Counted from the stretch's first letter, positions 37,599-47,330 are shown. The stretch: 64,000 bases of DNA from an uncultured Nitrospiraceae bacterium (GCA_963730935.1 CAVSTP010000003.1:64001-128000), one strand, 5' to 3'. Numbers and translations: made by a program. Notes: a model not told the origin generated them from the letters alone.

Positions 37599-37754
37599 CT
37601 AGCGTAGGTCCACCCACCACTTTGGGGACTGACCTTGTTTAACTGCGTTGCTGCAACAATTAAGGATCGTAATCAGGCCAAGCTGAAACTCGAATGCATC
37701 GCCTTTGACGAAGGCACTATCGAGCATGTCGATGGCGTGGCGAATCGCAGCCAT
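37599..37754 (-). CDS. short or truncated paralogue of 43690-43953 (51 aa)
   Basis: MAAIRHAIDMLDSAFVKGDAFEFQLGLITILNCCSNAVKQGQSPKWWVDLR*; not in the ORF track. Confidence 0.55.
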   Translation of the reverse strand: MAAIRHAIDMLDSAFVKGDAFEFQLGLITILNCCSNAVKQGQSPKWWVDLR

Positions 37755-38015
37755 GGCCTGTGGAATGGCCCCATGAAGGGTTCTAGCCCTACTTGGTTTC
37801 CTATCTAGTTGACTTCCTGGAGAATTCCTTCATACTCATCTTTGGTTCCTGAATTCCACATCCCCTTGCGGCCTCCCCTTTGACCGCGTCCCCGTCTGAA
37901 AGGCGAGCGACATCATTCGTCACTTCTTGCTTCCAAAAGATGAGAGTGGCCACTGCTGGGAGATCAGACTTCTAGCGGACGGTACCATTCAACACCGCAA
38001 AGCATCCGGAACGAG

Positions 38016-38438
38016 ATGAGCGCGGAGGGTGACGCTCAACGAACACCTCGCGCCGGTGAAGCACTTCGCATTCTCGTGGTCGATGATTTTGCTCCTGTTC
38101 GGGAATCCCTTTGCAGCTTGTTTCTAGCGTACGAACCCTTAACTGTCGTCGGTGAGGCCACAGACGGGGAGGCAGCCGTTGAAATGGCCTTTCGGCTCCT
38201 TCCTCACATCATTGTCATGGATGTGAAAATGCCTCGGATAAGTGGCGTGGAGGCAACTCGGCGGATCAAACGGTTTCTTCCAGGCGTCCACATCATTGGA
38301 ATCTCCACGCTAGATGACGCTTTCATAAGAGAATCCATGAAAGCCGTCGGATCTTCACACTTCGTCACAAAAGACTACGCCCATACACTTCCTGACCTCA
38401 TTGCCAAGATTACCGGCAGCCCAATCACAAGACGTTAG
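38016..38438 (+). CDS. single-domain response regulator (receiver only)
   Basis: ILVVDDF, VVGEATDG, IVMDVKMPRISG, FVTK. Confidence 0.85.
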   Translation: MSAEGDAQRTPRAGEALRILVVDDFAPVRESLCSLFLAYEPLTVVGEATDGEAAVEMAFRLLPHIIVMDVKMPRISGVEATRRIKRFLPGVHIIGISTLDDAFIRESMKAVGSSHFVTKDYAHTLPDLIAKITGSPITRR

Positions 38439-38480
38439 AGGCAAGCAAAACGTTGATGTGTATCTTCACTTGATCCTACT

Positions 38481-38498
38481 CTGCTACCGCGCTGCTAC
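38481..38498 (+). repeat. tandem CTGCTAC repeat, 11-bp period
   Basis: CTGCTAC-cgcg-CTGCTAC; same motif inverted at 46250-46271. Confidence 0.6.
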
Positions 38499-39021
38499 GA
38501 TTCAGCCTCCGCACTGAGCGTCGTCGATTGTCCACATAACTATTTTGGCGTTCCATTGTCCACCGCGGCATCGCGGTCGATTGTGTCGGGGGCTATATCT
38601 CGTTAGATGGAGGTAGGTCTCGCGGGCTTCTGTTCCGAGTTCTCCAATATCGAATACGACACCAGCAATGGGATCGGATCAGATGCATCGAGGATTGGAT
38701 CCGATTCACAAACAGCTCACGTGCTGGATCGTGGTTCGCATAATTCTCTGTGTTTTCCATCCATTCAGTTCTCACTATCACAGGTACGTGTGATGCAGTC
38801 ATTTGTATCCGTAAGAAGAGCATCAAGCGTTTCGCTAGAGGATTGGGAATTCTCGACAAGGTAGACCGATCGGCGTCAGAGAAAGGTCTGCGCTCAACCA
38901 AAGGAGGCGAAGCATGAATCATAGAATATGTTGATCGCGTCGAGTGCGACTTGGCAAGCAAGGCACGCGTGGAAGACCTTAAATAACGGGGGCACCCTTT
39001 ACTAACACGGAGGGACGAATC

Positions 39022-39543
39022 ATGAGATACCTAAGTGGCATAGGTACAACCGTAGCGCTCTTGGCCCTTGCCGTTCCAACTGGGGCGGAGACGTTGACCC
39101 AAGGGTCAACCGGATCGGGTCAGCCTCAAATGATCAGGTCACAAAATACGGACCCAGATGCCGAAGTGGTGATGAAGGATAAGACGTTCCGCATCGCCAA
39201 AGGAGAAACTGCGAAAGGATTCATGCTCTTGGCTGGTGCCCGCGCCGACATCGTCCTGAGGAACGAAGATACCGTGGCACATGAGTTCGTGTCCTCAATG
39301 CTTTTCAATGTTCCATTTCGGCTCGATGGTAACGGTGCGTTCATAAAGTTGCCGACTGCGGCGGGGGTGCGCGTTGATCCCGGAAATGTTGTCCGATTGA
39401 CTTTCGATGTCCCTCAGGACTCCAAAGAGTTTCAAAATCTCTACGAGGTATTCTGGTGCAACGTCCACGGGAAGCAGCACGGCGACAAAATGCGCGGAGA
39501 GGTGTTGATCGTCGAGCAAAGGGGTGAGGTTGGAGGAGGTTGA
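39022..39543 (+). CDS. secreted cupredoxin-like protein with a complete His/Cys/His/Met set
   Basis: Signal peptide; LRNEDTVAHEFVS and WCNVHGKQHGDKMRGEV. Confidence 0.75.
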   Translation: MRYLSGIGTTVALLALAVPTGAETLTQGSTGSGQPQMIRSQNTDPDAEVVMKDKTFRIAKGETAKGFMLLAGARADIVLRNEDTVAHEFVSSMLFNVPFRLDGNGAFIKLPTAAGVRVDPGNVVRLTFDVPQDSKEFQNLYEVFWCNVHGKQHGDKMRGEVLIVEQRGEVGGG

Positions 39544-39594
39544 CGGCAGAGCGAACGCTCGAAGCAGTGCGTGAGTGGCCCAGGGGAGTTGTGT

Positions 39595-40146
39595 ATGGCT
39601 CATGGCTTGTCGTATGTAACACGCCCGTTGCGAGAGGCAAGGAGCGAATCCAGAAGCGCTGGCGCGTGCTCCACTTTTCTGCAGCTCATGGTCTTGGCTG
39701 TTGTGCTAGCCGGTGGAGTATGCGTCGCTCTCGCCCAAGCTGAGGAGGCCGAGTATGAGCCCGACGTGATTCTGGTCATCAAGGAGAAGGCTTTCCACAT
39801 GGTCAAGGGGAAGTCCGCGGGGGAAAATTCGCTGCATCCAGCCTTCTCCTTGTCCGCTGGTGAGGATATCATCCTGGAGTTGCGCAACGAGGATAGTCTG
39901 CCCCATGAGTTCGTCTCCCCCTTGTTCGCGAAGGTGGAATTCCAATTCTGGGGCAAAGCGACGCTGGTCTACACGTATACGGCCAATGGGCTACGCATCG
40001 ATCCAGGAGAGAGAGTAGCTCTTCGCTTTGAGCTGCCGAAGGACTTCAGTGGGGAGCTGTTCAAATTCTGGTGCAACGTTCACGGAAAGCTACACGGCGA
40101 CGTCCTGCAAGGGGAAATGTTTATCGTGAAGCCCAAGCATGGGTGA
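39595..40146 (+). CDS. secreted cupredoxin-like protein (axial Met replaced by Leu)
   Basis: LRNEDSLPHEFVS and WCNVHGKLHGDVLQGEM. Confidence 0.75.
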   Translation: MAHGLSYVTRPLREARSESRSAGACSTFLQLMVLAVVLAGGVCVALAQAEEAEYEPDVILVIKEKAFHMVKGKSAGENSLHPAFSLSAGEDIILELRNEDSLPHEFVSPLFAKVEFQFWGKATLVYTYTANGLRIDPGERVALRFELPKDFSGELFKFWCNVHGKLHGDVLQGEMFIVKPKHG

Positions 40147-40167
40147 CCGAGAACGGGAAAGGCTCAG

Positions 40168-40698
40168 ATGAAACAAATGACCAGGCTGGCGGTACTGTTC
40201 GCCACAACGATGGTTGGCGCTACGGTTGGGACAGCCCTCATTTCCCCCCATGGCAGCATCTGGGCACATGACGGAGCCCCCGATATTCACCAGGGCGCTC
40301 ATTCGTCAGCCCAACCGCCCGCCGTCGATGTCGAGATCATCATTCGGGAGGGAGGGCATCCCATTCTCAAGGGACAACAGACGCACGGACAAGTCCTTAG
40401 GTTGGTTGCGGGCGAATCTATCGTCCTTGCGCTCCGGAACGAAGATATCGGTCCTCGTGAATTCATTTCTCCTCTCTTTACTAGGACAGAGATACATTTT
40501 GTGGGACGCGCAACAGGAATGTTTCGGAAAGACGCGGCTGGGTTTCGGTTGAATCCTGGGGATACCTTGACCTTGCAGTTTATGGCGCCCTACAGCGGAT
40601 TTCACAGAATGTATGATCTGATTTGGTGTAGTCATGACGGGAAGGCCGGCACAGAGGTGCAGGAACTGTTGATTGTCATGACCGAAGAGAAGATGTAA
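40168..40698 (+). CDS. secreted cupredoxin-like protein with a degenerate copper site
   Basis: LRNEDIGPREFIS (His replaced by Arg) and WCSHDGKAG; His-containing N-terminus after the signal peptide. Confidence 0.7.
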   Translation: MKQMTRLAVLFATTMVGATVGTALISPHGSIWAHDGAPDIHQGAHSSAQPPAVDVEIIIREGGHPILKGQQTHGQVLRLVAGESIVLALRNEDIGPREFISPLFTRTEIHFVGRATGMFRKDAAGFRLNPGDTLTLQFMAPYSGFHRMYDLIWCSHDGKAGTEVQELLIVMTEEKM

Positions 40699-40742
40699 CG
40701 GCGCTGGAAGCGGGACAGTCTGGGTCTTCAAGGGGGTCTGCC

Positions 40743-41327
40743 ATGCGTGCACCAACTCGGAGCAGTGTCATCCTTTTCGGCCTCGCCCTGCTCCTTTCTG
40801 AAGAACTCATGGGTGAAGTGGCGCGCACAGGAGTGCAAGGAGGAATTCCACCAGAGGTGGTGGCCGAGTACGTCTATGCGATCGTTCAAGCTAATCGCAC
40901 CCTGTATACGACCCACGTGGCGGAACGCATGCAGGAACTAGGGGTGGTTGTGGCGACCGAACAGTGGAAGAAGCAGGGAACGTTGCCACTTCCAGCACAA
41001 ATGCTGCTTATGGCAGGGGAGGATGTTGAAGGGCAAGGAACCAATTTGCGCATCCGGCTGTCCAGCCTATGGCCGATCAACAAGGCGAATGCTCCAGCTG
41101 ATGACTTTGAACGGATCGGATTAGAGAGGGTGGCAAAGGAGCCACAAAAGCCGTATACCGGTATCGTTACCCAAGGGGAGCGACGTATGTTCAAGGCCAT
41201 CTACGCCGATCGAGCTGTCACGAAAGCCTGTATCGAGTGCCACAACGGCCATGCCTTGAGCAATAAGCGAGACCTTAAGCTCTACGATGTAATGGGAGGA
41301 ATCGTCATTTCATTCCCGTCCCGCTAA
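40743..41327 (+). CDS. DUF3365/Tll0287-like c-type heme protein
   Basis: PLPAQM, RLSSLWPINKANAPADDFE, CIECH heme motif, DVMGGIVISFP. Confidence 0.85.
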   Translation: MRAPTRSSVILFGLALLLSEELMGEVARTGVQGGIPPEVVAEYVYAIVQANRTLYTTHVAERMQELGVVVATEQWKKQGTLPLPAQMLLMAGEDVEGQGTNLRIRLSSLWPINKANAPADDFERIGLERVAKEPQKPYTGIVTQGERRMFKAIYADRAVTKACIECHNGHALSNKRDLKLYDVMGGIVISFPSR

Positions 41328-41355
41328 GCGCGTAACGAGGTGAGCCTCGTCTACA

Positions 41356-42912
41356 TTAACGCCACTCCACAGTTCCGAATCCCGTTTCTCCGAGGAACAC
41401 GTACATCAGGCTGACCATTCCGACTGTTTGATCCTTATACTCGATATTGGGATACTTCGCGTCCCGATGCGACTGGGCATACCGCACTGCCACTCCGTGA
41501 CGGTCGTAGACCCGCACCGTCAGGGACGAATCACCGCGCACAATATTCTCCCATCCGTCTTCTGAGGATAGAGCGTTGCTGACATAATACTCACGGCCGG
41601 TGAGATCGATCATTAGTCTATTGCCGAACATGAGGCGAAGGGAGAGCAAGGCATGAGGGGTCACTCCATAGTGATAGTCACGTTCACCCGTCTGCTCGAT
41701 ACTGCCAGCTGCGCCATAGCCTGCCCCAGCGAGGGCCGTCCCTTGTAGTGCCACCGTCTGCGATAACCACGTCTGCCAGGTTGTTCCAAGCGACAGGGCC
41801 GTATTCGAGACACGGAACACTTGCGGAGAGATGTAATCGTAATTTCCGTAGAGTCCCCATATCCCCCGCGTGGATTCACCGGACGCGTAGGTCGCCCCCA
41901 GAAGAAGCCCACGAGTGTTGATGCTTTCCAATGCATTGGCGGTGACCGCAGTGACATGAAAGTCAAAATAATCGAATGGGCGACTGTAACTGTAGCCTGG
42001 CTTGCCAGGGAGACCGTAACTAAAGGTGAAGTCTGCCACGGCCCCCGTCTCTTCTACCGCAGATGAGACGTTCCTGCTGCTCGAAGAGATCGTTCCTCCT
42101 GCCTGTAAGCGCATGAAAGTGGCGGGCGTGTGGCTTGGAAACACGGCGTCGAACTTATCGCCGAAGACCAGGCGATTGAATCCCGTTGGGGGGGAGATAA
42201 GCGCTGCGCCGAGTTCTCGCCAGAAACCGGGTCTTCCGTCGCTGTCCTCGAGCAAGAGGCTGGCCATCCGGAAGAAAGGCTCTCCCAAAAAAGTGCCCCC
42301 AATCGACGTCGCAATCATGTCGTTAATGGAAGGATTCGTCGTCTCGCCCGCTATTTCCCAGACAAAACTTCCGGCGGCACTGTAGAGGAACGATTCCCAG
42401 AAGTTCAGCCCGGACGATCTGGCGATACCGTAATAGATGCTTCCACCATAGGGATGAAGGAACTGATTAACCTTGAATTGATCATTATCGATGACCCACT
42501 TCGAGTTGGTGAGATTTTTCCAGATCGTGTCTCCGTTCGTTTGGTAATCGGACTTCGGCTCGACAAAATTGCGGTCGAATAGATTCAGCAAGAATTCGTA
42601 TAACAAGATCTCGCCGGCAGGAAGGAGGTAACTCCGGCCGGCCCCGGTCTCCCAATCAAGCTTTTCATTATGCCAGTCACGAGCTATACGAACAATTGTG
42701 TATGGTTCGTCTTTCTTCGCAGACGAGGTGTCATAGAGCAACGGCTCGAAGGGTGATGGTGGGCCTTGCACAGGTGCAGCAGCAGGGGAAGACTCTGCGG
42801 CATGACCTTGGACGGCTAGGGGAATAGAAAGGAGCACCAGAAGAAACATCCGTTGCACTTTCCTGCTTGTCCGGCATGGGTGGACAGGTGAGAGGTCTCG
42901 TCTCTTGAGCAT
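41356..42912 (-). CDS. DUF3943-domain outer-membrane protein
   Basis: W..DND.F.VNQFLHPYGGSIYY..ARSSG..FWES, WE..GETTNPSIND.I.T..GG.FLGE..FR; start uncertain. Confidence 0.8.
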   Translation of the reverse strand: MLKRRDLSPVHPCRTSRKVQRMFLLVLLSIPLAVQGHAAESSPAAAPVQGPPSPFEPLLYDTSSAKKDEPYTIVRIARDWHNEKLDWETGAGRSYLLPAGEILLYEFLLNLFDRNFVEPKSDYQTNGDTIWKNLTNSKWVIDNDQFKVNQFLHPYGGSIYYGIARSSGLNFWESFLYSAAGSFVWEIAGETTNPSINDMIATSIGGTFLGEPFFRMASLLLEDSDGRPGFWRELGAALISPPTGFNRLVFGDKFDAVFPSHTPATFMRLQAGGTISSSSRNVSSAVEETGAVADFTFSYGLPGKPGYSYSRPFDYFDFHVTAVTANALESINTRGLLLGATYASGESTRGIWGLYGNYDYISPQVFRVSNTALSLGTTWQTWLSQTVALQGTALAGAGYGAAGSIEQTGERDYHYGVTPHALLSLRLMFGNRLMIDLTGREYYVSNALSSEDGWENIVRGDSSLTVRVYDRHGVAVRYAQSHRDAKYPNIEYKDQTVGMVSLMYVFLGETGFGTVEWR

Positions 42913-43332
42913 TGTGTAGTTCATGCGACGGCGCGGTTCCCCAGCCTGCTTCAAGCGGTCAGGGACCTAACATATTTCGCTCATCTCATTATCGATGAAT
43001 CTTTGAAATGGGTGCCAGACCCAGGTCCTACATTGCACGCTGAAGAAACAGACAGGATTAATTCTATCTTCTTTCGATTGTACGACAGTGATCGTAGATG
43101 AATGGACACTTATGTAGGCCACGGCATAGAGTAACTGCTCGTTTTCTAACTCGAAGGCCCTGGTAGGTAGGCCGCCTGGGAGGTAATTTCCTGTCGCCAG
43201 GGTGGCCAGGGGAATACGTGCATTCATCCCCATTACTCTACGTAGAAACCATCTCCTACCTAAGATAGGTTGTCGCTTTTTGCGCATTCGACTAGGCTGA
43301 ACACTGGTATATCTCGTTCTAAAAGGTGGTGG

Positions 43333-43608
43333 ATGGTGATTCACGGACTACAGACATTTTCGGCGGGGATTCCGGGTCAAATCGGTCACGCTATTGGATA
43401 TTTTCGACAGTGGCTTTCTTCCTCGGCAAGCACATTGCCACTTCCAAAAAGAACGCGCATCCCATTGAGGTCCAAGCATGCAGGTCACTGTATGTGGCGA
43501 CGTGTGGCTCGCCAGCGATTGAGCGACCATCTGTTAGGCTGGCTGGGTTGGTATCCATGGCAATGCAAAGGATGCCAAACCCGCTCCTATTTTCGTGTAC
43601 GCTTCTGA
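43333..43608 (+). CDS. small putative zinc-ribbon protein, possibly decayed
   Basis: C-terminal RRVAR...DHLLGWLGWYPWQCKGCQTRSYF; the first Cys pair is degenerate. Confidence 0.35.
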   Translation: MVIHGLQTFSAGIPGQIGHAIGYFRQWLSSSASTLPLPKRTRIPLRSKHAGHCMWRRVARQRLSDHLLGWLGWYPWQCKGCQTRSYFRVRF

Positions 43609-43689
43609 CTTTCTATGCACGATGCTGACAGCTGTTTCCAGGCATCGTTGATGTTTGGCTCTTTTGATTAGATCCGAGACAACCTCGCT

Positions 43690-43953
43690 TCACCACCATT
43701 GCTGATAGTCCCCTCGATTTACCAACTCGGCGCAGTGGTCCAACAGCACGATAAGGCAAGCCTCAAATAGTTTACTGTCTCCCTGTACAAATGCTTCATC
43801 CATGGACGTGATGGACTCATGGATTTGAACGCAGCTAGCCAACTCAGGCGGCATCCCATTGATCCGTCTCAATGCCGACTGCCATGCCCGTTCCCAGTCT
43901 GGACCAGTCCATTTGGTTGGCTCGTTCTTCGGACAATTCCACCTGTTCTGCAT
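43690..43953 (-). CDS. small helical hypothetical protein
   Basis: GAAGGAGG RBS; paralogue at 37599. Confidence 0.65.
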   Translation of the reverse strand: MQNRWNCPKNEPTKWTGPDWERAWQSALRRINGMPPELASCVQIHESITSMDEAFVQGDSKLFEACLIVLLDHCAELVNRGDYQQWW

Positions 43954-44247
43954 TGGCCCTCCTTCAAACAGACACGCAAAAATTATTTCAAACCCAGCGA
44001 TGATACCGAGACGGCGTGACACGCAAGTCACGCCCCTGTAAGGGCGGTGTTAATTGACGGGAAACTGTTTGTAAGGTCTTTTCTTGTCTAGGCGTAGTGG
44101 CTGGCCTACGGTCTGGCAGCAGATGCCCTTGCCTGACAATTTGCTGTCAGTTTTATCAGTGGATATCGGACTTCTCGTTCTTTAAGATGCCGTCTCTTAT
44201 ACATCCTTAGGACGTGAGGGGCGTTTAATGAAAATTCAACACGCATC

Positions 44248-44829
44248 ATGGTAGCCGTTACTTCGGTATTGTGTTTCCTCTGGCTCTCCATGGCAGCTAA
44301 TGCAAATGATGATGTCTTAACTGTGGGGGTACAGCAAATCAGCCTCACCGCTGGACCGGTCTCTCCATTGCGCTTAACTCCGGCACAGTCATCCAAATTG
44401 TTTGGGGAACAAACGACCGTGAGTTGGGCGATGACCATCACGGAGCCGCGGGGTAAAGGGGTCTTCGACGGTGCGCTGTCTCTAGGTGTCGAAGCAGTCT
44501 TCTTCCATACAAGGCGGCCCGCAGAAAGCTATAACGTTGGAGCTATGCCGTATTTACGGCATGTCTTTGGAAGTCGTGCGGTCGTTCGACCCTATCTCGA
44601 AGGTGGCGGCGGAGGAATATGGGGTACACTGGCAGGAACACCAGAACAGGCATCGGATATGAATTTTCTCCTCATGGCAGGCGCGGGGCTGTCATGGTTT
44701 TTTTCTCCCCACGCTGCGGTGTCTCTGGGCTATCGGTTTTATCATATTTCAAATGGCGGATTGGGGAATCCCAATAGCGGACTGAACTACAACTATCCAT
44801 TCATTGGCCTGTCGTATCTTCACTTCTAG
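44248..44829 (+). CDS. PagL-like lipid A deacylase / acyloxyacyl hydrolase beta-barrel
   Basis: PYLEGGGG, YRFYHISNGGLGNPNSGLN catalytic motif, terminal Phe. Confidence 0.82.
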   Translation: MVAVTSVLCFLWLSMAANANDDVLTVGVQQISLTAGPVSPLRLTPAQSSKLFGEQTTVSWAMTITEPRGKGVFDGALSLGVEAVFFHTRRPAESYNVGAMPYLRHVFGSRAVVRPYLEGGGGGIWGTLAGTPEQASDMNFLLMAGAGLSWFFSPHAAVSLGYRFYHISNGGLGNPNSGLNYNYPFIGLSYLHF

Positions 44830-45051
44830 CAACTGCGGCCAGTCAAAAACGGGTCAAATCTACCGCAATCTGAAAGTTGATCTGCATGCTACTTGCTCCG
44901 ACATGATTGGTCGTGCGTAGTCAGTCACAAGTTTAATGGCTAGTCCGCTTTCCCCCTAGGCAACTCCTGAAGGTCTTTTCCTAATAGCGGCGCTGGACGC
45001 TGATCGATCTAGTTGCGACGCCCTTGAAGAGAACGTGGTATGTCGGCCTAT

Positions 45052-45909
45052 CTATAAGGAAAGAGTGGTACGGAGCGACGAGGCCAAACCGAATCGTGAG
45101 AGGGCAAAGATCAGCCATTTCGAGGGGTCGAAGTTATACCAACGAGGACCGTTCCGATAGTCCGCTTGGTTGGTATGGTGATAGTTGTGGTAGCCTTCGC
45201 CAAATGTGATTAGCGAAACCCACCAGCTATCCCGACTGGAATCCGCCTGACCATGAGGTTGACGGCCCCACAGATGGCAGATCGAATTGATGCAAAAGGT
45301 CGAATTGAGTACGGCGAAGGTGCGGCCGATGCCGGCGAGCAGGAAACACCCCAGGCCGCCGATCCAACCGTTATGGAGGAAGCCAACCACAAACGTGAGA
45401 GCGAGTCCTGAGAGGACTAAGGGAAGATAGAAGTGATGCTGCCACATCGCGACCGGATCTTGCTGTAGGCGGCTTGCGTATTTCTGATCCGCATGGACTT
45501 TCTTGAAAAACAACCATCCACAGTGGCTGTACCAAAATCCCTGCTGCGCGTTGTAGGGGTCCTGCTCTTGGTCGGTGTGGGCGTGGTGGCGGATATGGTC
45601 TGCCGCCCACTTGAGCGCAGAGTTTTGGAGCGCCCACGCGCCGGCAACTAAGAACCCAGCCTTGACCCAATTGGGGCAAGCGAAGCTACGGTGGGCCATC
45701 AGACGGTGGTAACCGACCGTAATGCCCAATCCAGTCACGACATACAGCAGCCCGAACATGGTCCAGTCCAGCCACGTGTAGCCGTAAAGCATTGCGAAGG
45801 CGGGGACTCCGATCAACGCGCCAACAGTTATCAGGCCGAACAGTATCATCGCTATATAATCAGGGTAGGCTCGCCTAAGTTCTGTCGATAATGGTGCGGT
45901 GTGTCTCAT
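45052..45909 (-). CDS. delta-9-type membrane fatty acid desaturase
   Basis: His boxes GYHRLMAH, HIRHH and GEGYHNYHH; DPSKW. Confidence 0.93.
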   Translation of the reverse strand: MRHTAPLSTELRRAYPDYIAMILFGLITVGALIGVPAFAMLYGYTWLDWTMFGLLYVVTGLGITVGYHRLMAHRSFACPNWVKAGFLVAGAWALQNSALKWAADHIRHHAHTDQEQDPYNAQQGFWYSHCGWLFFKKVHADQKYASRLQQDPVAMWQHHFYLPLVLSGLALTFVVGFLHNGWIGGLGCFLLAGIGRTFAVLNSTFCINSICHLWGRQPHGQADSSRDSWWVSLITFGEGYHNYHHTNQADYRNGPRWYNFDPSKWLIFALSRFGLASSLRTTLSL

Positions 45910-46249
45910 ATCGTTTGTGTCTCGCAGATCTTAAGGTTGGCTGTTGGATGCACGGAGAACAGCAGAAACTAGAGCATCAATCGCGCAGAGACTAGGAATG
46001 AAGGAGGGAGGGCGCGAGGGATAAGATAGTACTGGAGTTCAAACTAGGTATCACCCTAGCACACCTTCCCTGAATATAGATAGCAAGTCATCAATTCGGC
46101 ACACAATCAACTGTTTGTGAGCCACTTCCTTGGGCAGCAGGCCTCGGATTGGCGACCATGGCCAAGCTTTGGCAGAACTAGCGTGCTCGATCGTGTTTGA
46201 GCGGTGTTCCACCTGACTCCAATTCATCTGTAAGCGTTTGAGAGAACCA

Positions 46250-46271
46250 CCTGGTAGCAGCCTGGTAGCAG
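46250..46271 (-). repeat. perfect 11-bp tandem repeat CCTGGTAGCAG x2 (CTGCTAC motif on the minus strand)
   Basis: Seen directly; related motifs at 38481 and 62001. Confidence 0.7.
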
Positions 46272-46288
46272 AATGGATTCTCGTGAAA

Positions 46289-46456
46289 TCATTGAGAGGG
46301 ATTTGCGGGAGGATGATCGATTTTGCTTAGCACTTCGTTGCAATAGTGTTTGACGAGCAAAGCTTCATCTTGAGTAAGTGGTCGATGTACCGCGATGGCT
46401 GAAAGAAGGCGCTCGCAGGCGCTGATGAACTTTTGAACATCCTCCGAGAGTTTCAT
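46289..46456 (-). CDS. small helical-hairpin protein
   Basis: GGAGGA RBS; MKLSEDVQKFISACERLLS...LTQDEALLVKHYCNEV. Confidence 0.7.
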   Translation of the reverse strand: MKLSEDVQKFISACERLLSAIAVHRPLTQDEALLVKHYCNEVLSKIDHPPANPSQ

Positions 46457-46706
46457 GATCCTCCACGACAAAATGAGGTATCGAAATGTATCCGCACTGA
46501 TTAGAAGGTAGCGGATAGCCTTGGTTCGTGTAAGACCTGAAAGCACTACTTCCGAAGAGGGGAACGCCCCTAATGACTAGTAATAGGGGCCTGACGGGCT
46601 TACTGCCCCCTCCGTCCTAAGTACTTCAAATAAGGGCGGACTGGCCGGGCTATAGTGTCTCGCGTGTAGGCGGTCGCTGATAGACAATTTCCCAGCCTTC
46701 GGTAAG

Positions 46707-47330
46707 ATGCGACCCATGGAAAAACGACGTATGGGGATACCGGGTGTTGGTGGAGCCGGGTGGGGGGAACACATCTGTGCATTCTTCTACACCAAGGACG
46801 AGCTGCTCAAACTGACGGTGCCATATATCAAGGCCGGCTTGGAGGACAACGAATTCTGCATGTGGATCACTGGAGATCCCGTCACCGAGAACGACGCGCT
46901 TCAGGCCTTGGAGCAGGTCTTGCCCGATGCGCACCAATACCTGGTGAATAAACAGTTGGAAATTTTCCCGCACAGCCAATGGTATCTTTTCTCTGGTATT
47001 TTTGACGCTGGGCTTGTTCTTGGTAACTGGCTGTCCAAATCCAAGCATGCTGAGGGGAAAGGTTTTGCTGGTATGCGTATTACTGGGAATCCCTTCTGGC
47101 TCGCGTCTGAACAGGATTGGGAGCAATTCGGAGCCTATGAACAAGCGGTCACTCAAAGCATCCGCGATGAGCGGATTCTTGCGCTGTGCATGTACCCAAT
47201 AGAGATCTGCAAACTCACCCATGTCATGCAAACCTTGTCCTTCCATGGATCGGCGCTAATTGCACGCAACGAAGATTGGCAACGCCACGCCATCCCGTCC
47301 CCAAATACACCACACCTCCCTCTCGCTTAG
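46707..47330 (+). CDS. stand-alone MEDS sensory domain protein
   Basis: WGEHICAFF, YIKAGLEDNEFCMWI, GFAGMRITGN, YE..V, ALCMYP, H..AL. Confidence 0.85.
   Translation: MRPMEKRRMGIPGVGGAGWGEHICAFFYTKDELLKLTVPYIKAGLEDNEFCMWITGDPVTENDALQALEQVLPDAHQYLVNKQLEIFPHSQWYLFSGIFDAGLVLGNWLSKSKHAEGKGFAGMRITGNPFWLASEQDWEQFGAYEQAVTQSIRDERILALCMYPIEICKLTHVMQTLSFHGSALIARNEDWQRHAIPSPNTPHLPLA

Noticed and set aside
38593..38961. ORFs on both strands upstream of the cupredoxin cluster
   Set aside because: No motifs or convincing RBS; likely non-coding or decayed.
42967..43344. 125-aa minus-strand ORF in an AT-richer gap
   Set aside because: Non-protein-like composition; the region looks like divergent promoter DNA.
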